A DNA stretch of 63,137 bases from a virus (IMGVR_UViG_3300010376_000008:1-63137); one strand, 5' to 3'; positions 47,308-56,774 are shown, numbered from the stretch's first letter. The notes: generated by a model from the letters alone, not told the origin. Made by a program: numbers and translations.

Positions 47308-47528
47308 AGGTACCTGTGCGGGTAGTTGGGCTTAATCTCGTCGTTGAGCATTCGGCCGACGGACGGCGCGCGGCTCAGCTCGTCGGCCACATCCTCGGGC
47401 ACTCCCGAGTAGGCTGATTTGCGCCCGGACTTCAACCAGGTGACAATCAGCTCGCCGGTCTCGGCGTCATAACCGACCGACTCCACCATGCTGGAAGCCG
47501 GCGTGTCACGTTCCCACGTGATTCCCAT
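47304..47528 (-). CDS. KTSC domain protein
   Basis: SSMVESVGYD..L.V....G..AYSGVP..APSVGR..N..IK. Confidence 0.85.
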   Translation of the reverse strand: MGITWERDTPASSMVESVGYDAETGELIVTWLKSGRKSAYSGVPEDVADELSRAPSVGRMLNDEIKPNYPHRYL

Positions 47529-47531
47529 CGT

Positions 47532-47876
47532 TCACACCCCCTGCTCGAATCTAGCGTTCGACATTACCTCGTGAACGATCGGCAACAAAATGTCGTCGCG
47601 ATCCTCCACGGTTTCGTCGGCAAACAGCAGAAACGGGATCGGCAGAATCATCACCCGCTTGTGGTCATACAGCGGATGCCCGGACGGCACCCGCCACACC
47701 AGCATGCGGCGACGATCCTTGTTGTGCGGCCCGAGCGACAGGAATTCCTGTTCGCACTCGTCGCCGACAGCAGTCCGATGCGTTTTCTTGTCAATCGCGA
47801 TCGTCTTGCGCGGCAGGCGGATGCGCGCCTGACGGTCCGAATGCAAAGTGAAAAACTGGATGTCCTCGTCAATCAC
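47532..47876 (-). CDS. Hypothetical protein
   Basis: GTGA overlap. Confidence 0.65.
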   Translation of the reverse strand: MIDEDIQFFTLHSDRQARIRLPRKTIAIDKKTHRTAVGDECEQEFLSLGPHNKDRRRMLVWRVPSGHPLYDHKRVMILPIPFLLFADETVEDRDDILLPIVHEVMSNARFEQGV

Positions 47877-48052
47877 GCACGCGCTCCAGACATCGTCATT
47901 GTCGAAGGAGGTTTGATTAAATCCTCCAGTTCAGCCGCGCGTTGGCGATGCTTAGCCGCCAACTTGTCGCAATCTTCCGCCAGTTTGTTATAGCGTTCGA
48001 CCAAAGCAATAACTTCAAAGTGGTTTAAAAGCGCGTTGATTTCGGTTTCCAT
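47873..48052 (-). CDS. Small coiled-coil protein
   Basis: AAGGAG RBS. Confidence 0.55.
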   Translation of the reverse strand: METEINALLNHFEVIALVERYNKLAEDCDKLAAKHRQRAAELEDLIKPPSTMTMSGARA

Positions 48053-48185
48053 TGCAAGACTCCTTCGTTCGGCGGCCGGCGCCGCGTACACCATGCCGGG
48101 ACATGCCGGCGATCCTTGGGAAAACGCCGTACCAGTCGGGCAAACGGGCAGTTGGCGTAATCCCGGCAGAATTTGCACCTTCCGT

Positions 48186-49571
48186 CTAGCGTTTTAGTCG
48201 TGTCACCTTCTCCTGCAGGGCATCGACGATCTCGGCGAAAACCGGTTCCCACTTCATGTCCGACTTCTGCCAGAATATCCGATGCTTCGGGCACCACAAC
48301 CGATCGCCATCGACGTGACCGATCCGGAAATCATGCGCCAGGTACCCGTACGGGATCCAGCACTCCTTGCCAATCGCCGCGCAAATGTGCCCTAGCGCGG
48401 ATTCGCACGTGATCACCAGATCCATCTGCCGCAGCAACGCCGTCGTGTCCACCACGTCGTGCATGTAGTTGCCGATGTCGGCAATCACGGCCGCGCACCC
48501 CGTGTCACCCAGCTGCCGGCGCGCGTCGTCGATCTGGAACGAATAGAGCTGGATGCCCGGCACCCGGTAAAGCTCCAGAAAATGGTGGATGGGGAACGAC
48601 CGGTGTTCGTTCATCTCCATCAGCGGGGAACCGCGCCAGGCAATCCCGATGTGGAACTTGCGATCCTGCACGCGCCACGTGCTTGGCACCGAGTAGGCTG
48701 GAATCTCGATCTGCCGAGCGTGTCGGAATTCGGCATCCCCCAGCCCGAGGGCGTACGGTAACGACATGAACGTGGACCAGCAGTCGGCCGGCGGCAACCG
48801 GGCCGGCAACGGCGCAATGTCGAGATTCTTGATGTCGATGAATGCGTGCTGAAACGCCCGGATCAGCCCGGGTTGCACGCAGGCATGGATGAACTTGGCG
48901 CGCTTGGCGGCCTCACGCACGAACCGCGCGTAGCTCAACGTGTCGCCCAGCCCCTGGTCGGACACGAGATAAACGATCTTGCCGGCCTCGCCGGTCCATC
49001 GCGGGTAAGGGTACCGCAAATAGGACGTCAGCTTGTACTCGAACCGCGATTCGAAATGCCTGGAACCGTCCTTGAATTGCCGCCCGAACAGAAGCGCGAA
49101 CGCGTACGCCATCTCGTTGATCGGATCCTTGGGATCGATTTCGTAGGCGGTCCGGGCCGACTTGATCGAATCGTCCAGGCGCCCGGAAACCCCCTGAACG
49201 CACGACAGGTTCACCCACGCGTGCGCCAGCTTCGGATCAAGGTCGAGCGACGCCAGGGTCCACTGCAAAGCTTCGTCGGTATAACCCATCCAGTGGAGGC
49301 GCCAGCCGATATTGCACAGCACCTTGGCGCGCTCGAGCGGCTCCATCTGACATTCTAGCGCGCGCCGCCAGCAGGCGACCGCGGCCGGAATCTGGCCCAT
49401 GTCGGAGACGTTGCAGCCACACTGATAAATCGCCTGCCACCAGGTGGAATCCGCGTAGGCGGCGGCGGAAAAATTCTGGTAGGCCTGATTCAAATCGGTC
49501 GCATGCTGCCGATTCTTGACGGCTTCCATGCCGGCATTAAAAAGTGCGATTGCGTGCTGGCGGTCGCCCAT
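48186..49571 (-). CDS. TPR-repeat + GT-B (GT9-like) glycosyltransferase
   Basis: N-terminal TPRs; DQGLGDTL..ARF; IGIAWRG; DTTALLRQMDLVITCESALGH..AAIG. Confidence 0.85.
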   Translation of the reverse strand: MGDRQHAIALFNAGMEAVKNRQHATDLNQAYQNFSAAAYADSTWWQAIYQCGCNVSDMGQIPAAVACWRRALECQMEPLERAKVLCNIGWRLHWMGYTDEALQWTLASLDLDPKLAHAWVNLSCVQGVSGRLDDSIKSARTAYEIDPKDPINEMAYAFALLFGRQFKDGSRHFESRFEYKLTSYLRYPYPRWTGEAGKIVYLVSDQGLGDTLSYARFVREAAKRAKFIHACVQPGLIRAFQHAFIDIKNLDIAPLPARLPPADCWSTFMSLPYALGLGDAEFRHARQIEIPAYSVPSTWRVQDRKFHIGIAWRGSPLMEMNEHRSFPIHHFLELYRVPGIQLYSFQIDDARRQLGDTGCAAVIADIGNYMHDVVDTTALLRQMDLVITCESALGHICAAIGKECWIPYGYLAHDFRIGHVDGDRLWCPKHRIFWQKSDMKWEPVFAEIVDALQEKVTRLKR

Positions 49572-49577
49572 CAGCGT

Positions 49578-49853
49578 TCATCCCTCCTGAATGCGCTCAA
49601 TCCCCATTGCTGCGATCTCTTCTGGAGTGACCGGGGTTGGTTCAAGCCGAAAGCCAGCGCGCTTGAGCGCGGTTCGGCAATCGTCGGCTCTGTTATCGGG
49701 AATGTCATACTCGACATCGCGCTCGCCGGCTGTCGGGCCGACCAGTAAAGTTCCAGCTCCGATGGATCGTCCTCCGCGCGCTTCAAAAATTGAACGACAC
49801 ATCTTGTCTAAGGTACTTCCTGGCCCATCATAGAAATAAGCTCTGATCCTCAT
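49578..49853 (-). CDS. Hypothetical protein
   Basis: AGGAG RBS. Confidence 0.6.
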   Translation of the reverse strand: MRIRAYFYDGPGSTLDKMCRSIFEARGGRSIGAGTLLVGPTAGERDVEYDIPDNRADDCRTALKRAGFRLEPTPVTPEEIAAMGIERIQEG

Positions 49854-50167
49854 TTTGTTTCTCCTGTATCCCCATGTACGCGCGCCAGCTTGCGCAGGTA
49901 CGCAAGGCTATCGGCTGTTGTTAGACACTCGTCGCAGCCCTCGCGATCATCACAGGTGCAATGCTCCTTGCCGATCGATGTGGGCCGGTATTCGTAGAGG
50001 AAAAGAGCAAGACGTGCCTCAGCTGCGTTCGTCGGATTTTCGATGTGGCCAAGAAAGGCGTCGATCGCATCGAGCGCCCGACAGAGCGGACAGCGCTCGC
50101 TGCTGCTATCGTTGGGACCGATCTGCACATGATCGTCACGGCACATATAAGCGTAGCTGTAGGTCAT
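49850..50167 (-). CDS. Cys-rich hypothetical protein
   Basis: GGAG RBS; CPLC. Confidence 0.6.
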   Translation of the reverse strand: MTYSYAYMCRDDHVQIGPNDSSSERCPLCRALDAIDAFLGHIENPTNAAEARLALFLYEYRPTSIGKEHCTCDDREGCDECLTTADSLAYLRKLARVHGDTGETK

Positions 50168-50288
50168 CCGCTCTCTCCACTCGTTAGCGATCTATTTCTG
50201 TCAAGCGATAGGCTTTGACCGCATAAGGTAAAGCCGGACAGCAGACCCATGATAAAGGCAAGGATCGCGATCAGTGATCGTTCTGATG

Positions 50289-50507
50289 TCATTCTGGTGC
50301 TCGTTCCGTAGAGGCGAGCGTGCCTATTTTGTCGACCGCGCGGAGAAGATGCGCTTTTCCTAATCGGTTAGCGAAGTCGATCCCGCTTGTGGCGCTCCAT
50401 CCGCAGGTACAGGTGACGCGCATACGCTCGCCCCTGACAGGGACTTTGGAGACTAGCCTATGCGGAAGGCTCCAGTCTCCCATTGTGACGTCGGAATCTT
50501 GTGTCAT
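50289..50507 (-). CDS. Small Zn-binding hypothetical protein
   Basis: H..CTCGW..H. Confidence 0.45.
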   Translation of the reverse strand: MTQDSDVTMGDWSLPHRLVSKVPVRGERMRVTCTCGWSATSGIDFANRLGKAHLLRAVDKIGTLASTERAPE

Positions 50508-50804
50508 CGTTCTCACTCTGCGGTGTTGCAGCAAAATTTACTGTGCATCGCCCCGTCAGCGTCGAACACAATGGTGCTCCGTCATCGCTTCCTCCTTGCC
50601 GGCAGCCTTTTGTATTCGCAGCCTAGCTTTTCATGGATGAAAGCGGAATAGATACACCCAATTAGGAAGCCGAATGCTGCCCCTATAACGAATATCTGGA
50701 TTGCGCTCATCTTTTCCTCTTAGCCTTCTATCCTTTGCAAATAGTGACAAGAAGGCACATAAAAAATATAAAACCTGCGGCCAATTCGAATGTCTGCAAC
50801 TTGG

Positions 50805-51518
50805 TCATGGCATGCGCGCAGTCTTATATGGGTTCGGTCCCGAGGCCGCGAGCACCCGCTTGACCTGCGTGATCCCATAGGGCTTGCCGGTGCGCGACAC
50901 AAATCCCTCGGCCTCCAACACCTTGGCGACGGCGCCGGGCGGGGCCCCCACATAATATTTAGTAAAATTCAACAGCGCCTGCTCGCCTTCGTCTTTCTCG
51001 AGTCGCGCGGTCCGCCCCGAGCCGACGATCTTGAACCCGAGCGGCGCACGGCCGCCGGCGTGCCCGCCAGCCGCTTTCTTGGCCCGCTTGCCCTCAATCA
51101 CCCGATCGCGGATGCGATTGCGCTCCAGCTCGGCGAACGCCGACAGCATGATGAAAAACACCTTGGACATCCCGTCCTTGGTGACCGGCTCGGCCCCCAT
51201 GTCGGCCAGGATCAAATCGACGCCGCGTTCCTTGAAGTCGATATAAGTCTTGTGCGCGTCGAGCGCGTCGCGGAACATGCGGTCGAGCTTGGCGGCCGCC
51301 ACCGTGTCGCCGGCCTTGACGGCCTGCAACAGGTCGTGCCCGGACGGACGCATGCCGAGCGGCATCGAACCGCTGACCCCGGCGTCCTCGAATATCTGCA
51401 CGTTGAAGCCGGACGTCCCGCGGAGCATCGCCAGCCCCTGGATGGCGCGACGCTGGCTCTCGAGCGACGAACCGTCCACCTGCTCGGAAGTGCTGACGCG
51501 GGCGTAGCCAAAAAACAT
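50805..51518 (-). CDS. Small serine recombinase (resolvase family)
   Basis: GYARVST..Q..SLE.Q; DAGVSG; KLDRMFR; FAELER..IRDR; AGGAGG RBS. Confidence 0.93.
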   Translation of the reverse strand: MFFGYARVSTSEQVDGSSLESQRRAIQGLAMLRGTSGFNVQIFEDAGVSGSMPLGMRPSGHDLLQAVKAGDTVAAAKLDRMFRDALDAHKTYIDFKERGVDLILADMGAEPVTKDGMSKVFFIMLSAFAELERNRIRDRVIEGKRAKKAAGGHAGGRAPLGFKIVGSGRTARLEKDEGEQALLNFTKYYVGAPPGAVAKVLEAEGFVSRTGKPYGITQVKRVLAASGPNPYKTARMP

Positions 51519-51528
51519 GGCAGCCTCC

Positions 51529-51547
51529 TGTAGTCATCTTGACTACA
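51529..51547. promoter_or_regulatory. Perfect-arm palindrome TGTAGTC-ATCTT-GACTACA abutting recombinase RBS
   Basis: Same motif as 14899 and 58913. Confidence 0.7.
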
Positions 51548-52582
51548 CTAGGCGTCGATCTCCGTCAAGTCCTCCGTTTCCTGGGCAACCTGCTCGGCGA
51601 TCCACGGGTAGGTGCGGGCAATCCCGTCCACCAGCGAGATTCCCGGCTCCCACCCCAATTCCTTGCGGCAGAGGGTGTTGTCGGACGAGCGCCCCGCAAC
51701 CCCCACCGGGCCCGGGACGTGCTTGATGGTCAGCCGCTTGCCGGACCGGTCGATGACGGCCTGCGCGAGCTGGTCGATCGTCACCATCTCGGCCGACCCG
51801 ATGTTGACCGGCTCGCGGCAGCCGGAACGCGTCAGCCGGATGATCCCCTCGATCGTGTCATCCACGTAGGTGAAGGAACGCGTCGCCAGGCCGTCACCCC
51901 ACACCTCGATCTCGTCGCCATCGCTGGCGCACGCGACCTTCCGGCAAATGGCGGCCGGCGCCTTGGCGCGCGGATCCGTGTAGGTGCCATGCGTCCCGTA
52001 GGTATTGTGCAGGCGGCCAATCCGGACATGCAGTTGATAATTGCGCGCATAGGCATCGTAGAGGCGCTCGGCAAAGAGCTTCTCCCACGCATACTCGTTG
52101 TCGGGGTGTGCCGGGTAGGCGTCCGATTCGAAGCAGGCCGTAGGAAGCAGTCCCCCCTTCGGCGACATTTTCCAGCGGTACAAAGTTTCCAGCGACGGGT
52201 AGACGCATGCCGACGACGCAAAGAACACGCGCGCCTGCCCGCCCCGCCAGTGCAACCACTCGAGGATCGACAGGTTGATACGCAACGAGTCGTGCAGAAT
52301 TTCCGCGTCGTTGGTGCGATCCATGATGTAGCCGAGCCCGCCCACCTGGGCAGCCAGCTGGTAAACCTCGGTAGCCGGCTGCAATTCCCGCAGGCGCAGG
52401 CTGCGCAGGTCGAGATCGTCGAAATAGTCGGGCGGGGTGATCCAGCCGAATTCGGGATCGACCGAAAAGCGCGAGCCGCTCCAGTCGACGGCGTGCACCC
52501 AATAACCCTCATCCTTGAGGCGCTTCACCAGGTGGTTCCCGATGAAGCCGGCGGCGCCGAACACCAGGGCGGTTTTGCTCAT
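51548..52582 (-). CDS. NAD-dependent epimerase, GDP-mannose 3,5-epimerase-like
   Basis: GAAGFIG; ASSACVYP; YAWEK; KAPAAICRK; WGDG..TRSF. Confidence 0.88.
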   Translation of the reverse strand: MSKTALVFGAAGFIGNHLVKRLKDEGYWVHAVDWSGSRFSVDPEFGWITPPDYFDDLDLRSLRLRELQPATEVYQLAAQVGGLGYIMDRTNDAEILHDSLRINLSILEWLHWRGGQARVFFASSACVYPSLETLYRWKMSPKGGLLPTACFESDAYPAHPDNEYAWEKLFAERLYDAYARNYQLHVRIGRLHNTYGTHGTYTDPRAKAPAAICRKVACASDGDEIEVWGDGLATRSFTYVDDTIEGIIRLTRSGCREPVNIGSAEMVTIDQLAQAVIDRSGKRLTIKHVPGPVGVAGRSSDNTLCRKELGWEPGISLVDGIARTYPWIAEQVAQETEDLTEIDA

Positions 52583-53187
52583 ATGGTTTTCTCCAATTCC
52601 CGATAAAGCTGCGGCCACCAGACCACAAGGGCTTCCTGCTGAAAATATACCAGCGGTTCGAACCTATCGAGCCGGTGAATGACGTCGACCACGGCGGGCC
52701 ACGTGAGATCGTAGTCATCCCAGACGATGATGCCGGCCGAATCCTCGTTAATATATTTGACGAGCTGCCAGGCCTTGTCGGTGTCGCTTTCCACCGTCTC
52801 GGTGTCGTGCCCGCCATCGACCAGCACCAGGGACATTTTATGGTGCAGGTCGGAAATGTCGACGGTCCGGGAATCCCCAATGCGAAGGTCGATATCCGGC
52901 TGCTTGCCGATGAACAATTCCCCCGGCACGTACCCGCCGTAGGCATTAGACGCGTTGTCGATCGTGTGCACCGTGCCGGCAGTGTTGAGCGCCAGATTAT
53001 AGGTTGTGCGCCCGCGGAATGTCCCGAATTCGAAAACGTCGCCGTTGAAATAGCGCGCCATCATGCAGAGGAACGTCAGCGATTCCAGGCGGGTGATGCT
53101 GCCGAACGTCCAGGCAAGGTGGGTCAGGCGGATTTCCGCCTTGTAAAGCTCGGGCAGCGCCAGGTCGGCACGTTGGTGGACCAGCAT
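52579..53187 (-). CDS. Class I SAM-dependent methyltransferase
   Basis: VFEFGTFRGRTT; GDS; LVLVDGGH; IVWDDY. Confidence 0.85.
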   Translation of the reverse strand: MLVHQRADLALPELYKAEIRLTHLAWTFGSITRLESLTFLCMMARYFNGDVFEFGTFRGRTTYNLALNTAGTVHTIDNASNAYGGYVPGELFIGKQPDIDLRIGDSRTVDISDLHHKMSLVLVDGGHDTETVESDTDKAWQLVKYINEDSAGIIVWDDYDLTWPAVVDVIHRLDRFEPLVYFQQEALVVWWPQLYRELEKTI

Positions 53188-53216
53188 GGACGATTCTCAG
53201 TGTGGAATGACGCGAA

Positions 53217-53396
53217 TCACGGCGCTACCACCAATACGCCAAGAGTTGCGGCTCTGAACACAACTGATAAATCGGAGCCGGGAACAAAATCGAACAACCA
53301 CCAAACTAATGTGACGATCGCTCCAAACAGAATCCCGCGCAGTACAACGAACGTTTCGCGTACTAGCCATTCGATGATGGTGGCGCGGGCGGTCAT
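53217..53396 (-). CDS. Unlisted 59-aa two-TM membrane protein
   Basis: MTARATIIEWLVRETFVVLRGILFGAIVTLVWWLFDF..VVFRAATLGVLVVAP. Confidence 0.5.
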   Translation of the reverse strand: MTARATIIEWLVRETFVVLRGILFGAIVTLVWWLFDFVPGSDLSVVFRAATLGVLVVAP

Positions 53397-53399
53397 TCG

Positions 53400-53612
53400 T
53401 CAGCGCGGGGTGCCGTCCGGCAACCGGGTAATCGCCACATTGGCCCACATGGCGTTCGAACGGTGGGCGCGAATCACGAACGTCTTGTCCGGCCCGTCGG
53501 GCAGTTCCTTTTCCAGGACGTCGCTGTACACCTTGGCGGCGGCGCGCACACGAGCCATCTGTTCGACCTGCTCGTCGGTCGGCTTCAGGTACTCGTAGGT
53601 CGAAGAATGCAT
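53400..53612 (-). CDS. Acb2/Tad1-like helical-hairpin protein (putative signalling-nucleotide sponge)
   Basis: YEYLKPTDEQ..M..VR.AAK....L...LPDGPDK..........MWANVAITR; AAAGGAG RBS. Confidence 0.65.
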   Translation of the reverse strand: MHSSTYEYLKPTDEQVEQMARVRAAAKVYSDVLEKELPDGPDKTFVIRAHRSNAMWANVAITRLPDGTPR

Positions 53613-53624
53613 CGTTGACTCCTT

Positions 53625-54890
53625 TCAATGGGTGTCGCCAGTGCCACGCACCGGCAGCACGGAATGGTTAAACTCAAAGCGCGAGTGCCAGAGCTGCGAC
53701 TCGCGCACCTGCATGCCGCGGAAAATCACTCCCGGCGACGACGTGCCGAACGAGACGAGGCGGTGCGAAACGCCGGCCGGCACCACCAGCTCGACGCCCG
53801 GCTGGATTTCCTCCCGCATCAGGTCGGCCTCCATCTCGTAACCGGAAGCCCAATCCTTGACCAAGGCCTTGCCGCCCTCCCGGCCGCCGCTGGCCATGAT
53901 GGAGCAGGGGCCGCTGACCCACGCGCTCATCGAAGCGTCACCCTCGCATTCCCAGGCAAACGGGCCGAACCCTTGCAGCCAACGCAGCCGCCAGTCGCCG
54001 CTGTACTGGCCGCCCAGCAAACCGAGCTGATGGGCAAAAACCATCACGGTCCCGTCGTCCGAGCACATCAGCAAATTCGGTCCCGCGTCGAGGTGATCGG
54101 ACCGGATCAGGGCGGTCCGCTCCACGAACAGGTCGAACGCATCACGGTCGCGGAGAAGCCCAAACGGCTCGGCGGCGATCTTCAGGCCCTGGTCGGCAAG
54201 CGGCGGATCCTGCCCGATCATCGCGACCGGCGAGGGCACCAGCGCCAGGCTGGCGAGGCCGAACGCCGCCAGCACGCGGTCGAACTGCCAGTCGGCGGTC
54301 AGCATGTGCATGCTGCCGCGGAACGCCCACCACGTGCCGATGTCCTTGCCGGTCAGCTGGGCGAACAGGCGGCGGTTCTCGATCGTGAAACCGGTGCGAA
54401 AGTGCTGCAAGACGATCTCGGCCGCCCGGCGGGTGAAGATCACCATGCCGGCCCCGAGGTTGTGCATGACGGCGTAGCCGTCCCGCTGCAGCAGGATGCG
54501 ATCCTCGTACGCGCGCGCCGAGACGGCGCCGACTTCCAACCCCTCGGACCGGCCGCGCTCGAACAGCGCCATCGTGGGGCCGAACCAGTCGGGGTGCAGG
54601 AGAACGTCGTTCTCGACGAGCCCGACATGCGTGTAATTGTCCGAGGCAGCAAGCAGTTGCGACAGGGAAAACACGATCGCCGCGTCGGCGCCGCCGCGGA
54701 CATTGCTGAGTACAGTGATGTCGCTGGAATTAGGATTCCAGTAAGCGAACGGCAATTCCTGCCCGGCCTGCGTGTCGCTACCGTCCATCCACCACAGGTC
54801 AAACTTGTCGGGCTGTAGCAGCGGCTCGATCGACCGCCGCGAAAGCTCGACGCGGTCCTTGGTGGTGAAAGCGATGGCGACCTTGTTCAA
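53625..54890 (-). CDS. GT-A (GT2-like) glycosyltransferase with C-terminal beta domain
   Basis: AIAFTTKDR; WMDGS; GLVENDVLL..DW; TADW. Confidence 0.7.
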   Translation of the reverse strand: MNKVAIAFTTKDRVELSRRSIEPLLQPDKFDLWWMDGSDTQAGQELPFAYWNPNSSDITVLSNVRGGADAAIVFSLSQLLAASDNYTHVGLVENDVLLHPDWFGPTMALFERGRSEGLEVGAVSARAYEDRILLQRDGYAVMHNLGAGMVIFTRRAAEIVLQHFRTGFTIENRRLFAQLTGKDIGTWWAFRGSMHMLTADWQFDRVLAAFGLASLALVPSPVAMIGQDPPLADQGLKIAAEPFGLLRDRDAFDLFVERTALIRSDHLDAGPNLLMCSDDGTVMVFAHQLGLLGGQYSGDWRLRWLQGFGPFAWECEGDASMSAWVSGPCSIMASGGREGGKALVKDWASGYEMEADLMREEIQPGVELVVPAGVSHRLVSFGTSSPGVIFRGMQVRESQLWHSRFEFNHSVLPVRGTGDTH

Positions 54891-55354
54891 TGCTTGACTC
54901 CCGGGAAAAACGGCAACAGCCGCTTGCTGTCGTAGGCAGCCGCGATCGTCGGCCGCACGTGCTCGCCCACCGTCTTGCCGTCCGGCATCACGATGTGCGC
55001 CATGAATTCATCCTCGAACGTAGTTATGCCACTCGCCACGGCCTCCAGCTTCGCCTTGATGACGAGCGCGAGCGCGCGCCAGCTCTGCCGGCATGCCTGC
55101 TCCCACAGGGCGTCGATCTGGGCGGGCGACCGCTGGCGATTGTGCTTGGGCGGCCGCTGGAATCGTTCCTCGGTTTTCCGCGGCAGCGGGAGGGTGAAAA
55201 ACACCCGGCGCCCCTTGGCCTCGAACAGCACCATCGCGCGCCCCGGCTCGTTGAAAAACGCCGTCTGGGTCGCCCCATAGCGAGTAATCAGGCGCTCGAT
55301 CTCGGCCCGCGACTTCTCGGTGGAAACGTCGGTGTTCTGGGCAAAGCGGTTCAC
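54887..55354 (-). CDS. Conserved phage hypothetical protein
   Basis: KSRAEIE..YGA; WRAL.LVIKAKLEAV..EF.AHIV.PDG.TV. Confidence 0.8.
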   Translation of the reverse strand: MNRFAQNTDVSTEKSRAEIERLITRYGATQTAFFNEPGRAMVLFEAKGRRVFFTLPLPRKTEERFQRPPKHNRQRSPAQIDALWEQACRQSWRALALVIKAKLEAVASGITTFEDEFMAHIVMPDGKTVGEHVRPTIAAAYDSKRLLPFFPGVKH

Positions 55355-56445
55355 AGCACCTTCTCGATGTCGTCGCACCAGGCAAGCGCCGCCATGATGG
55401 CCGGCTTCGGGAACCAGTCGAACTGCAGGAAATTGCCGTAGATCGCCCGCACCTTATCGACGATCGATTCCTCGGGGATCGACAGGTCATCCAGCTCGCG
55501 GGCGATCTCGCCCACGTACCGCATGATCCAGCTCTCGGCCGCGATATCAGCCTGCCCGTCGTGCTCGTTACGCTCCTGAAACGCGAACGGTCGCCCGAAA
55601 TGGACGAAGTGACCGGTCTCGCGCATGACGCGCTGGGTGACGAGCGCCGCCACGATGTCGTCGCCGCGCCCGAGGCCCGGCGGACAGAACATCGCAGGCG
55701 TCAGCTGGCGGATGAAAGCGGTGTTCTGTGTGTTGAACACCGTCCAGTCCTGGTGCGTCGGCTTGAGCACGACGCCGGATCGCAGAAGCTCGGTTGGATT
55801 GACCACCGTCGGGCGGTTACGGTTACGCGCCGCAAAAATGGAGTGTCGCGCAGTCGCCCACACATCGGCATCCCCCATGATCATGCCCTGCGCCACCCCC
55901 ACGGGGGCGTCGGTCACGGGGCGAACCGAGAAACAGTTGGGCAACGCCTCGGCCGGAAATCCGCGCTGGATAATCTGCGGCTCGCACAGTGCCCCCGGAT
56001 TGAACCAGGTAGCCGGCTTTACCGCCAGCCCGTTGAACGGCTGCACCAAAAGATCGTGGAAATTATCAAAATAAAACGGATCCATCGGGTAATTGTCGTC
56101 GTCGATCGACACGATGATGTCGGCACCGTACCTGACAGCCTCGAGAAACCCGATGTTGCGCCGCTGAATGCAATTCCAACCGATCAACTCGGAACAGCCA
56201 TAACCGAGTTTATTTTGTCGTTCGGGATTGTAATAGTTATAGCACAAAGGCGTCTCGTCAGCTGCCATCGGGGTTTTTTCGTCGCCGATCGTAAAAAACG
56301 CAACACTGCCGTTATGCGCTCCATAAAGCGGCAACACGCGCGGAACGTTGATGGTCGTCGTGACGAGGGCAATTTTCATCGCTTGTTCCAGGGTTTGAAT
56401 TTCAACGCCGTCGAAATCGAGGCAGAGAATCGGCTTTCCCATCAT
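55351..56445 (-). CDS. STELLO/RGP (GT75-like) glycosyltransferase/mutase with vestigial HAD N-terminus
   Basis: VTTTIN; IGDEKTP; WN..RRNIGFL.A..GADII.SIDDDN; FNTQNT; GRGDDI; QERNEHD; alternative start 56379. Confidence 0.8.
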   Translation of the reverse strand: MMGKPILCLDFDGVEIQTLEQAMKIALVTTTINVPRVLPLYGAHNGSVAFFTIGDEKTPMAADETPLCYNYYNPERQNKLGYGCSELIGWNCIQRRNIGFLEAVRYGADIIVSIDDDNYPMDPFYFDNFHDLLVQPFNGLAVKPATWFNPGALCEPQIIQRGFPAEALPNCFSVRPVTDAPVGVAQGMIMGDADVWATARHSIFAARNRNRPTVVNPTELLRSGVVLKPTHQDWTVFNTQNTAFIRQLTPAMFCPPGLGRGDDIVAALVTQRVMRETGHFVHFGRPFAFQERNEHDGQADIAAESWIMRYVGEIARELDDLSIPEESIVDKVRAIYGNFLQFDWFPKPAIMAALAWCDDIEKVL

Positions 56446-56768
56446 CGCCTCGCAACCGGGGTGTGCGGGCCGATCAGGCACCGCGTGACATCGTGGAGCG
56501 GGACGCCGTTGCCGGCCATCATGTCGTGGCACCGCCACCACTTGCCATCAGGCGAATCCCAGATGACGCGATCCCACGAGATCAGTTCGCCGTTGGAAAC
56601 CAGCACCCCCTCGGGCTTCTCCACCACTTCCTCGGCCCGACAATCGTTGTCGTTGCAGCACCACTGATGCGTGATCGGGTCGTGCAGCTCCTTGTGATTG
56701 ATCCAGTGATCGTGTGCCAGACCGTACGACGCGAGGGCGAACACCCCAACAATCACTTTCGAGTGCAT
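56442..56768 (-). CDS. Small exported Cys-rich protein
   Basis: Signal ..ASYGLA|HDHW; WCCNDNDC; SPDG.WWRC. Confidence 0.75.
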   Translation of the reverse strand: MHSKVIVGVFALASYGLAHDHWINHKELHDPITHQWCCNDNDCRAEEVVEKPEGVLVSNGELISWDRVIWDSPDGKWWRCHDMMAGNGVPLHDVTRCLIGPHTPVARR

Positions 56769-56774
56769 GCCGCA

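Noticed and set aside
50805-51518. IS607/Tn3 transposon or large serine integrase
   Set aside because: No N-terminal HTH, tnpB or transposase, no terminal repeats seen, and too short for a large serine integrase
53282-53295. Second LexA box GAAC-N6-GAAC (similar site at ~41687-41700)
   Set aside because: Spacer is 6 rather than 7; the 53282 site lies within a probable CDS
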